A stretch of 63,796 nucleotides of DNA, the filler included, from Conidiobolus incongruus B7586 (taxonomy: Eukaryota): assembly GCA_000697335.1 (NCBI GenBank). It is 13 parts of 13 records of this genome, joined end to end, with 100 filler letters (N's around TTAATTAATTAA, not from the genome) between each part and the next. Parts side by side here need not be neighbours in the genome. Positions count along the whole stretch, not along the records: positions 10,510 to 15,856 come from JNEM01005796.1; positions 15,957 to 21,801 come from JNEM01005797.1; positions 21,902 to 24,244 come from JNEM01005798.1; 10 more parts are not named here. The stretch is one strand, 5' to 3'. Below the pieces are notes generated by a model. It made no database searches, was not told where the DNA came from, and saw only the letters and a program-made list of their open reading frames with translations. The first letter of the stretch is position 1; each line of letters opens with the position of its first letter. Both the position numbers and the translations under genes were made by a program. Positions 11,818 to 24,344 of this stretch are shown in pieces.

Positions 11818-14800
11818 CTTTTTAAAATTAGCTGTGGTTTGAGACTAATAATATAAAGATTAATCTTAGCAGAGCCTAAAGGAATGTTAATATTGACGCA
11901 GTAGAATTGGAAGAGCTCCTGAGTGAAACAATTGCTTTTTATATTATCAAGCAAAAAATTAAAATTTAGCTTAAGGAGAAACTGATTATTTGTCCAAATT
12001 GAACTTCATGATAATCACCTTTAGATTCATATAAATATAATTCATTTCAGCCAATCACTGAAAAGAATAGGAATTATTCCCATTCATATCATTTATCCAC
12101 ACAACCTCATCTATTTATATTAAAAATTTCATTAAGAAATGATCAAAGACATAAATGTTATTATTCAATAATTCAAATAAAATAAATTTAAATAATCTTT
12201 AGCAAATCTATTGTATAATATTATATAACTAAGCGAAAGGGATTTACTACTATGATGAGATCAATATGTATATTTGATATTTAGACACAGAATTACCCTT
12301 CAAATGTTGCAATATTTAATTGAAGTGTTGGATTGATTGATTGATTGATTGATGATAATGAAAGAATTGGGGAAGAAAATTGCTACGTGTTTAAAATTAA
12401 TTAAGTCTAAATCGAATCTTTCTTGTGTGCAATTAGATTGGATTTTAGTGAATGGAGTATTAATAACTTTGGTATCAATACATAATTAATCAATTTAACC
12501 AAATTTAAAAGTTTTTTTAATATAATTTTCATTAATTATTAAAAATATTGATATATTTATCAATACAAATTAAAGTATATGACAAGCTAATACTATATTT
12601 CTATAAATATATAAATTTCGACTATTAAACAACAGTAAATATAAATTAAAATTTTCATTTATTTATTTACCATGAAATGTTCAAAGAAATTTAATGAAAA
12701 AATTTAATTTATTAAAGAAACTTCTAGATCCAAAAAATTTTGGCTTAATAATTTGTAATGCAGTGTTCAACCATTGTAACTATGGTATAAGAGTTAATTG
12801 TTACATTAGGAATGCGACAATGCAATTGTATTTATTGAAGGTAACCTATTTTTATATGATGCTTTTCATAACATTATTAGAATCTTTTTCTTAAAATTTT
12901 TAGGTGAATTGTTTCATCATTCAATCTAAAATAACAGAAAAGTTATTATTAGTTCAAACATTATGTAATAATTTTTGTTATTTTTATTTTTCAAAGATCA
13001 GTATCACTTACCCGTGCCTCAACGATTTTAAATTTTAATTCAACACAGAAATATGAGTCACTACTACCCATCAGATTATATATTTAGAGTCACTTCCATA
13101 TAACTGATCTTTGCCAATATGCATTCCACTAATAATTTGATTCACTGAGTTAAAGCTTTGGAAAGACAGTTTTAAAATAATAAATTAATTAAAAAATAAT
13201 ATGTTTAAATGAAAATTATCATTCTATAATTAAATAATTTAAAACCAAGTTTTGATCTATAATTTAAATCACAATGTATGTATAGCAATTATGATTACTT
13301 TCATTCTCTATTAGGTATAATTCATATCATTTAATTATAATTTATATTATTAATTATTCAAATGTGACCGAATTTTATTTTTAATTAACATTTTTATAAT
13401 TAATTCTGGATGGATTTTTAGTTTACCAAGGTAAATTGATTAAATTGATTAAATATACTTTAGATTAGATATTCATATTAAGATTTTGATAAGCTTTAAA
13501 TTTCCAAAGGTAAAATGATATTTAAGATATAATCTAATCATCTCAAGGACGACAATTAAGTATCTAGTAAATTAAGGAAGATATTTGGCTTAAATATTTA
13601 GAAACTTTGAATTATTTCTCCTAACATTTCAAGTTATTATATAATACAGAAATTGCTTAATTTCTTAAACTGATCAAGTCATAAATATTGATTTATTGAA
13701 TATTATCTAAGAGAATATATTATTTTAGTATTATTACTTAATGTTAATACATGCTAATTGCTTTAAATTTGAATATTTTCAACAATATTTTACTCTTAAT
13801 TTTTGATAATTTGAACAATATGAATTATTATTAATTTCACTGAGAATCAATAGAAATATTCCCAGATCGAAGTACATATTTCTATTATAATGTATATAAT
13901 ATAATATTAATGCTAATAGTTATATTCTTTCATTATTACAAATTATGATTATCCATATAACAATGGTCATTTTATCAATGTACCCTATTATCTTCAAATT
14001 CAAATAGTTTTTTAACAATTGTAAATTGTAAAAAATATGGTATTAATTCATTTTTAACAGTATAATTAAGCCAAGTAATAATTATCCTAACTTTACCAAT
14101 TTGGTAATATAGAATCAAATTTAAAATTTGACCTTTATGATTGAAAAATCAACACTAATGATTTTTAATATCCAATAGTAATATTCATTTTGGCTATATG
14201 TGGTATGTTATTGTGGTTAATTCTGAGATTTCAATAAAAAGTTATTTTAAAAAATTTTCTGTTATAACCTCATTATTTTATTTTTTTATCAATTTTTATA
14301 ATGTAAACATATTAAACATTAATTATCATCTTGATCTCAACATTGTCACCATATTCATAAAGTGTTAATAACATATTGCTTATTAAGTTAATAAATTAAC
14401 AAATCAAACAATACCAACTGATCTAAAATAGTTATTTTTTTAAATTCTCTTGAGAAGAAGATATTATTAAATATAGCCGTATAAATATAACTTCTATATA
14501 AAAATAATTTATCATTCCACATTGATATTCCTCTATAACAATGATTAACTTATAAATCCTTTATACTATAAGATTTGATGGATCATAAATATCAAAAATA
14601 ATATTCAGAACAAAGAATATTTATTATAATATACTTTTGATAAAAATTGTTTTGATTCAAGTCTGTTATTTCGAAGATCTTGATAATATTATAAGTTTTT
14701 ATAATATAAAACTTTTATTATTATATTTATATTAAAAATTTGTTTTGATATTTATTATTTATTATTTAAAAAGAATTATTTAAATAATATTAAATTGAAA

Positions 14801-15956
14801 TAAAAAATTTTAAAAATTTATTAAAAGGGATTAGTTTATTTGTAATATAAGTGAATTTTCAGATCAAATATTAATAATAAATATATAATTAATATAATTT
14901 ATTATTTTTATTTTTTATTATTTTCAGTTATTATTTCAAATTATTATATCATCAAGATAATAGATATAGGTTTTTGATAGAAATAAATCACTATATAAAT
15001 GTTATAATATTTAATATTTTTTTATTGGATTTGTATTTTAAATATTGATTTTGAACTAATATTGTTTAATAAAGATAATACTTTTATTAAATATTATATA
15101 TACAAATTATTATTTATTATATTTATTTAAAGGATATCATCATAATAATTGGTTATTTTGTATATATATTATAGAGCTTGAATTTTAAATTAATATATAG
15201 TTAATATTATTTTTAATTTATAACTAATAAAATTTATAATTCAAATTAATAAATACTTTTAAATCTTAATAGGAATTTTATTACAAGTATATAATTATTT
15301 AAATATATAAATAAATATCCATTATTGGTTCATTTTTAAAATATTTCTAAAATTTATTATATTATTTAAATTATAAAATAAATTAAATTGATGAAATTAA
15401 TTTAGAAATTATAAATTTTATTCTCGATAATAATTATAGAACTAATATAATAAATTAGTTTATCAAATATAAAAAACCATTATAAAAAATATATATTAAA
15501 TTCTATATTTCGATTATATTTAATTTTATATATTACTATCAGTGGTATTCTTATCGACCATAATTATTTCAAAGTAATGATAATATCATAGTAATCATGA
15601 ATAACTTAATAATTATCGTTTACTTGTAAATATATTTATCTAAATCCAATTTTACAGAAATTATGATTAAAAAAATTTTAAATTACAAAGCTATATATTA
15701 AAAAAATAACTTGCTTATATATAAAAATAAATGATAATTAAGGGTAAAGTTATTATAAATAGAATATTAAATACTTATTAAGTTATTTTAAGTTATCATA
15801 ATATATAAAATCTTTTTATTAATTTGATAATTTAATTATATAAAATAAATCTAATANNNNNNNNNNNNNNNNNNNNNNNNNNNNNNNNNNNNNNNNNNNN
15901 TTAATTAATTAANNNNNNNNNNNNNNNNNNNNNNNNNNNNNNNNNNNNNNNNNNNN

Positions 15957-17314
15957 TTTAATGATAAAAAAAATTAAAACTTAGTGTATCTATTTTTAAC
16001 TTTTCTAACTTCTTTAAGTTTATAAAATATAAAATTAATTAACTTCTTATATTAAAAAATATTAATTTTATTTTTTATTTCTTAAACATATTTTTAAAAT
16101 TAATCTAAATCTTTTGTTAGAAAGAAAGCTTTAATAACTTTTTTAACTAATCTTAAAAATATTTAATTAGATTAAAGTTAAGAAATTAAAAAAACTACTT
16201 TATAGTTATTATTTTATTATTTTTAAGCTATTTGGTAATAAAAGCTATAATGTAGTAAAAAACATTATTTTACTAGAAAATAATATTAGATTTATTTAAC
16301 TTATATTATTTAATGATTTTTTTTAATTTATTGTTTAAAATACTTTAATATATTTTAATATTAATTTTTTTATTAATTTTATAAAAATATCTTATACTTA
16401 AAAATAATATATATTTTTAAATAATAATTAACCTATTATTATATTTTTAGGTAGAATAAATATGATAGTTATAAAGTAGTTTTATATCTTTTTTAAATTA
16501 TTTAACTTTTCTATTAAATTTATTAAAATATATTTTTGTTTCATTAAATTAAATAACTTTATTTTAATTAGTTTTAATTTAATATTAATAACAACATTTA
16601 AACTTTAACCTAGTTTTATAGTAGGATTTTTTTAATTAAGGGTATTTTTTCTTAAAATATAAATAGTATCTATATTAATATAAAGTATATATAATAGTAT
16701 TAATACTAACTAATATTCTTATATAATTTTATAATTCTTGTTATATTTTTATAATAGAAATATATTTACTTGTAATAATTAACTTATGAATATACTTCTT
16801 ATTATATTCATTTATAATCTTAACATATTTATGTTTAAGTTTAAAAGTGTTTTTATTATTATTCTTAATAGCTTTAACTATAATAAACTAGCTAACACTA
16901 GTAATTCTAACAATATTATAAATTAATTTATTTTTTTTTCAAATTGATTAATACACAAATAAATTTTTTTAAAAAAGGATCTAGGTATAATAATATTAAT
17001 AAAAAAAATTTAATTTTTCTATAAAATATTATATAAAATATTAACAAATAGAGAAAAAAAATATAGTTATATATTGTTAAATATATCCTCTTATCTTAAA
17101 AACCAACATATTTATAACTTATCTTAGTTAAATATTAAAGATTAATATTTTTACTAATAGTTTATTAAATATATTTAAATATATTTATTTATTATTAAAT
17201 AATATATTTTAATTATATATTTTAATTTCAAGTAATTTAATATATACAATTATTTTAGTTATTAATTAAAATATATATATTTTTGATTTTATGACTCACT
17301 TTTGTGGGTTAATA
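15957..17314 (-). mobile_element. Tc1/mariner (DD34E) transposon relic, one end at spacer
   Basis: Reverse-complement similarity to the transposase region of 22510-24050; terminal repeat ATTTTATGACTCACTTTTGTGGGTTAATA ends at 17314 and is followed by TA. Confidence 0.8.
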
Positions 17315-17470
17315 TATATTAGTGACTTATCCCAGTTTGAAGCTTAATTAAACTTTGTTTATATATTTATATTATATCCCATATTATATTACCATATTCT
17401 GTACCACATTACCTTTATATCAAGTCTTCCTCTATATTATATTAGTAACCTTTTATTATTACACTTATAT
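17315..17470 (+). mobile_element. 3' part of Ty3/Gypsy LTR interrupted by the Tc1 copy
   Basis: AGTGACTTATCCCAGTTTGAAGCTTAATTAAACTTTGTTTAT...ACACTTATA matches the 3' half of the LTRs at 55529-55921 and 62088-62478. Confidence 0.78.
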
Positions 17471-18357
17471 AAAGATTATTTAACATAATTAAAGTATACC
17501 CTTAATATATTATAATTATTTATATCTAGTATTATAAACACAAAAAAATAAAAACTATTGATAGCTTTATATATAACTTAAATTGAGCAGGCCTTTCAAA
17601 TACCCTTAATATTAAATAAAGATATATTCAGATATTGATAGTACTAAAAACATAATCCTCTATCCAACAGTTTCTTGAACTAGTCATCTAGGATTGATAT
17701 TAGTGCTTACCCAATTAGGATCTCTGAATTCTTTACAAAACTAAAACAAAGGTAATCAAATTTAATCAACTTTGGACAAGTCTAATTATAAGTGTATTCT
17801 TATCATTAAAAAATGGAAGAATTAAACCAATCAACCTTAATTCTTCAAAAAACAAACTCAAAATCAAATGATACTTGGTTGTAAAATTCATATGAAAATT
17901 TAATATTGTTTGTTCAAAATTTGCCACAATTCATATTTGTTTAGGATATCAAATTTGGAAATGAATGTGGTCACAATGGATTCTAAATTTTCGGGGTTTT
18001 TGTGTCATTTTAATTATTAAAATTCATTTGATAAATAATGTACAATTATAAACTTAAATTCATAGTTTATAGAGAGATATTTTTGTTTATTCAATAAAGG
18101 TGTTATAATATAAGATTTGATTTATATATTTAATATTAAATATCATAAAATACTTGTTTTTGATTTATAAAAACTTTAAACCTTTGACATACTAAATACT
18201 TGAATATCATATATGAATGAAAAGTGATTGATCCAATTGGGTGCAATTAATCAACTACTATAAATACCTTGATAATCAGAATAACTCTCCTCATTACTTT
18301 TAATTTTAAATCTATTCATATTTAAATATTTTTGTATATTATTTTTAATTGTGATTA

Positions 18358-20528
18358 ATGTCTTCTTCTAATCTCAGACGTTTACTCCAATTATCTAATC
18401 AACTTAGTGTTAATCCTTGCTCTGATACAGTTGTTGAGTAATTATCATTTTATTACAATCAAATCATCTGCTAATCTTTCAATTTAGTCCCAAGAAAAGT
18501 CTTCAAGAGGAACGCTCAAACCCTTCTTTCCCTATTCAAGACCTCACCGACTATATTAACGGTGGTGCCGAGAACAGTCGTCTTAAGAAAATGGTTATGG
18601 AGCAATTGGAGCGTGATCCCCTTTGGAAGGTAGATGACTATCCGAATCTCTCTCTTGAGGAGCTCCGTGTCCGCGTCTTCAGAAAAATTCGTAGCTTGGT
18701 ACAATACTTTATGAATGAACCTCTCCCTATGTTCTACCTCCGATTTGAAGTGATTAACCTTGTTGACCCTGGTTTCTACACTCGTGTCGGAGTTCACTAT
18801 GGATTATTTGTCACCAACCTTCAAAGTCAAGCAACTCCCAACCAATTACAATATTGGATCGAACAAGGTGCCTTGAATATGCAGGGCATGTTTGGCTGCT
18901 TTGCTATGACTGAACTTGGACACGGATCAAACGTTCAAGGGGTTGAGACTACTGCAACCCTTGATTTGGATACCGATGAATTCATCATCCACACCCCCAC
19001 TTTGACTGCTACAAAATGGTGGATTGGAGGTGCCGCTCATACCGCCACTCACGCTGTTGTTTTTGCTCAGCTCATTGTCAAGGGTAAAAATCATGGTGTC
19101 AAATCCTTTGTCGTTCCTTTGCGTAATCCTGATGACTTCTCACTCAAGATCGGTGTAACCATCGGAGACTGTGGTAAGAAGATGGGTCGTGACGGTATTG
19201 ATAACGGTTACATCCAATTTTCTCATGTCAGAATCCCAAGGTCATACATGCTTATGAAATACACCAAGGTTGATTCCCAGGGTAACGTTACCAAGCCTCC
19301 CATGGATCAAGTTGCTTATGGCGCTCTCATGAATGGACGTGTGTCCATGGTTCGCGACGGTGCTATCTTTGCCTTCAAGGCATTGACCATTGCTCTTCGC
19401 TATGCTGCTGTCAGAAGACAATTTTCTGCTACTCCTGATCAACCAGAAACCAAGCTTTTGGACTATCCTATCCACCAGCATCGTTTGATTCCTCTTTTGG
19501 CCAAGGCTTTTGCTCTTCATTTCACTGCCAAAGAAGTTAAAGTGATCTACGAGAATTTACTCGATACTATCGATAATGCTAAGACTAAGGAGAGCCTTAA
19601 AATTGCCATGAATGTCATGAAGGAAGCTCATGCTACCAGTGCTGGTTTGAAAGCTTTCGCTACTTGGGAATGTCTCGATATCATCGAAAGATGTAGACAA
19701 GCTTGTGGTGGTCATGGTTATTCCTCTTACACCGGTTTAGCTAACATGTATCAAGATTTTGCTGTTCAATGTACCTGGGAAGGTGACAACACTATCTTAA
19801 CTCTCCAATTGGGAAGATATTTGATTCAATCATATCTCAATCGCCACAAGGGAGAACTTCCCTCAGGTATTCAATATCTCAGTTTATTATCTCAGCCCGA
19901 AAAAATGAAGAGTGTTTGCAAAGTTACCAAAGCTGAAGATCTCATCAGCTTAAAGACCTTAGTTCAAGCTTGGGATCTCGCTTGCGCTTCATGCGTCAAA
20001 GATGCCGGAGAAGCTTACCAAAAGGCTATCAAGGAAGGTCAAACTCCCGAACAAGCTTTCGAATTCGCTTCTGTTGAACGTTTGAGAGCCGCCAAGATTC
20101 ATACCAATGGCTACACTATCAAGCAATTCGCTCATTCATTAGAAAATGCCCCCGAAACCCTCAAGCCCATTTTGACCCAATTGGCCAAGCTTCATGCAGT
20201 CAATACCACCGTTGAATTCTCTGGCGAATTGATGCAAGTTGGCTTCTTCAACGCTGACCAAATGAACGAGATCCGCTCTCAAGTCAAGACACTCTGCACC
20301 GCGATCCGCAAGGATGTCATCCCTCTCGTCGATTCATTTGGCTTCACCGACTACGTCATTAACTCCCCCTTGGGTCGTTATGATGGTGACATTTACACTG
20401 CTTACTTCAATCTTGTCCAAAGAAACAATCCTCCAGTCCATCCTCCTACCTACTTTGAATCCTTGATCAAACCTTTATTGAAGAACAAGACGGAAGAAAC
20501 TGAAATTATCAATTTAGAAATTGATTAA
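18358..20528 (+). CDS. POX1: Peroxisomal acyl-CoA oxidase (2 exons)
   Basis: ACOX motifs GCFAMTELGHGSNVQG, TATKWWIGG, KMGRDGIDNG, RQACGGHGYS, TWEGDN. Exon 1 18358-18437 (MSSSNLRRLLQLSNQLSVNPCSDTVV), intron 18438-18487 (GTAATT..CTAAT..TTTAG), exon 2 continues in frame DPKKSLQEERSNPSF... into the listed ORF. Confidence 0.95.
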
Positions 20529-21598
20529 AATCGAGAATATGTTTAGGTAGTGAATCAAGATATGCCTAGATCAAAATGAACAAAATAATTACTAGTAAAA
20601 TCTGATAACCATTATTATAAATTTTTATTTTTTTAATCCCAAATAAATTAAATATTTCAAAAATTTGATAATTAAATAAATGGATGATTTTGAATATTTA
20701 TCAATATGTTAACTGTTATATTATATAAATTAATATTAAAAATATTGGAATTTATTATTCCAATTAATTCTCAAATTTTTAATTAATATTTATCCCAAAG
20801 TATATGATAAAAATTAATATTTTTTAAAAACTAAATTATTGAAATTATACTCTTTGAAAATATTATTATATTCAAAAATAATTATAATAATTTTTACTTG
20901 GTAAATATTTTCAATAATATATTTTTAAATTTTAAGATAATTAAGATTTTAAAAAATTTAATTATATTGATTAAAATTTAATAAAATTTAACTTTTATTT
21001 TTTTTATATCTTAATAGCTTAATATTAATGAGATAAAAATATTAATTCAAATTTTATTAATTAAGATATAATTATAAACATTATATTTTTGCATATTTGA
21101 TATTATTTTGAAACTAATTATTTTGATATTTATATATAAAATAAATGAAAAAATGAGAAAAATATTGAAATTAAATATTTAATATAAATTATTATATTAA
21201 TAATATAATAATAATAGTTTATTTATATTAATAAAAAATAAAAAATGATATATTTAAAATATTATATAAAAAATATTCATTTGGTATTATTATTGCCTTA
21301 TATAAATAAAATTGATTTTTTTTCCTATTATATTAGCAATCTTTTAATTATATTAAGAAAAATTTAATAATATATTTTATCTATCTTAGAAAAAATCAAT
21401 TAAATTTTATAATTTTAATTTTATATTATAAAAATAATTATAAACTTGTTATATATTGAAATTTGATATTATTTTTTATATTAAAAATAAATTTTAAGAT
21501 TTTTATCATATTTTTGATTTCTTAATATTAATATCTATATTGATATTAGTTTAAAATAGAAAAACTGGTAAATTTTTTAATTTTTGACTTTATATATA

Positions 21599-21801
21599 CA
21601 CTAGCCTGTAAAAGTGAGTTATAAAATAAAAATCACTTATATATTTACCTGTAACTTAAATAATTCTTGACTAAATTAATTTAAATTAAAATATATAATT
21701 AAGGTATATTACCTGATTATAATAGGTTATATTTAATTATATTTAATATATTATTGGTTAATATATCAAATCTTAAATTTTAAATAGGGTGAGTCATAAA
21801 T
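21599..21801 (+). mobile_element. Left end (IR-DR) of Tc1 transposon, cut by spacer
   Basis: TA followed by CACTAGCCTGTAAAAGTGAGTTATAAAAT; ~200 nt nearly identical to 22510-22711, including the inner repeat GGGTGAGTCATAAAT. Confidence 0.85.
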
Positions 21802-21901
21802 NNNNNNNNNNNNNNNNNNNNNNNNNNNNNNNNNNNNNNNNNNNNTTAATTAATTAANNNNNNNNNNNNNNNNNNNNNNNNNNNNNNNNNNNNNNNNNNN
21901 N

Positions 21902-24244
21902 TTATTAAAAATAAAACTTTTTTATTAAACTTATATAATATTAAGGATAAATTACTTAAACTAATTATATTTATATAATTAGATTTTGATAATAAATACT
22001 TAAATATTTAAATTAAAAAAATATTTATTTTTTTAATATAAATCTAAATTATTATCATTTTACTATATTAAATTTTTAACAATATATTATTTATTTAATA
22101 TTTACTTAATTTACCAATTCCATCTTTATTATTATTATTAGTAGCTATATTATTGTTTATTTTAATAATAATTTAATTTATTCAAAAATTAAAAAAAAAT
22201 ATATTTAGTAATCTAATTAAGTTTTATAAATTATTTAAGAATATAAATTAATTTTATAATTATTAAAATATATCATTAATATCAATTTTATCTTTCTCTA
22301 AAATTATACTATTTATTCTTAGAAAATTAATATTAATCTAATTAAAGTAAATAATATAAAAGCTTCTATTATATTATAAATAATAATTAACTAATATTTG
22401 TATTAAAACTCTTAAATTACTTTAAAGATTTTATTGATTATTTTGTTTAATTTATTAATTTTTTTGATTAATCTTTGAATTAAAATTTTTTTAAATAAAT
22501 CTTATTATATACTAGCTTGAAAAATAAGTCATAAAATAAAAATCACTTATATATTTACCTATAACTTAAATAATTCTTAACTAAATTAATTTAAATTAAA
22601 GTATATTATTAAGGTATATTACTTGATTATAATTGGTTATATTTAATTATATTTAATATATTATTGGTTAATATATCAAATCTTAAATTTTAAATAGGGT
22701 GAGTCATAAATTTGTGTGTTTAGGAGTTAAAAGGGTATATAAAACAAAAATTACTTAAATCTTTTTTTCTTTTATTAAATTATATATATATATATATTAA
22801 TATTACTATTGTAAATTATTATTTTAAATAATATTAGTATTAAAATACCTAAATCCCTCTTTAAAAAGATTTACTTGAATATTAATCAACTTAATAATAA
22901 AAGTAAATCAACTTATGAGATTGCTGGAATTACTAGTGCTAGCTAGTTTACTATAGCTACAGCTGTTAAAAATTATAATAAGGATATATCTAAACCTAAA
23001 CTTGGGTATGCTAGGATTATAGATAAATATGATGAAAGGTATATTTATAGATTGGTTAGTATAGGTAAATGTAATATTACTATAAAAGTACAAAAAGAAT
23101 TACAAAACTATATAGGAATATTAGTTAGTACTGATACTATTATATATACTTTATATTATATTAGATACCACTCACACTTTAAGAAAAAACACCCCCAACT
23201 AAAGAAGTCCCATTATAAAGCTAGATGGGAGTTTAAATGTTACCATTAAAGTTAAACTGAAACTAATTAAAATAAGGATATTTAGTCTAATAAAATAAAA
23301 ATATACCTTAGTGGATCTGATAAAAAAGCTAGATATTTCAGAAAAAACAAAAAACTACTTTATGACCATCTTGTTATTTTAACCCAACAATATAATAATA
23401 GGTTAATTATAATTTAGGGATATATGTTATCTTCTAGTGTAAGGTATCTTTGTAAAGTTGATAGGGGAATTAATGCTAAGTTATACTAAAATATTCTAAA
23501 CAATGAATTAAAAAAACTTTTGAATAGTATAGGTTAAATAATTTAGATGTTATTTTCTAACAAGATGATACCTTTTGCTATATTATTATTTCTATTACCA
23601 AATAGTTTAAAAATAATAAAATAAAAGTTATGAAATAGCTTCTTTAATCCTTTAACCTTAATCTAATTGAACACCTTTGGGATCAGTTCAAAAAAATAAT
23701 TAAAACTTTCCCACCAGCAAAAAATTTAAATAAGTTTTGGGAATATATTCAAGAAGCTTAGAATCAAATTAATCCTTCTTAATATAAGAAGTTAGTTGAC
23801 TTTATACCCTATAAACTTAAAGAAATTAGGAAAACAAAAGATAGATATATTAAGTTTTATTTTAGATAAAATTTAAATTTTAATATATCAACTAAAAGTT
23901 AATATAATTAAATCAAATATACTTAATTATAAATAAATAATATAAGTTTATTATATATTTTAATTTAAATTAATTTGATTAAGAATTAACAGAGTTATTG
24001 ATAATAATATATATAATCATAATTTTATGACTCACTTTTGCAGGCCAGTGTATACTTTATATATATTAATATTTTAATCTTTTATATTTATAATATTTTT
24101 ATCATATTTATTTATAATTTTAAAATATTTACCAGTAAATTTATTAATACTAATATTTATATAATTGGTAAGTAATTAAGATGATTTAAATTAAATTTAT
24201 ATTTTACCTTTTAATTATAAAATAAAATAATAAATAAGATAGAA
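21902..24244 (+). mobile_element. Ty3/Gypsy pol (RT-RNase H) relic split by a Tc1 insertion
   Basis: 21902-22509 aligns by eye with ~59380-60000, and 24051-24244 aligns with ~60000-60190, of the Ty3 relic. The two parts rejoin at the TA target site. Confidence 0.8.
22510..24050 (+). mobile_element. Full-length degenerate Tc1/mariner DD34E transposon (~1.54 kb) with TIRs and TA target duplication
   Basis: Left TIR TACTAGCTTGAAAAATAAGTCATAAAAT; right TIR ATTTTATGACTCACTTTTGCAGGCCAGTG; TA on both sides. Relic motifs: *SNK (WSDE), F*QDD (FQQDN), *LL*SFNLNLIEHLWD (WPPQSPDLNPIEHLWD), with 34 codons between the second D and E. Presumed start ATG>ATA at 22845. Confidence 0.92.
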
Positions 24245-24344
24245 NNNNNNNNNNNNNNNNNNNNNNNNNNNNNNNNNNNNNNNNNNNNTTAATTAATTAA
24301 NNNNNNNNNNNNNNNNNNNNNNNNNNNNNNNNNNNNNNNNNNNN

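Noticed and set aside
12333..12353. (ATTG)n microsatellite upstream of the bZIP gene
   Set aside because: Short simple repeat with no evidence of function.
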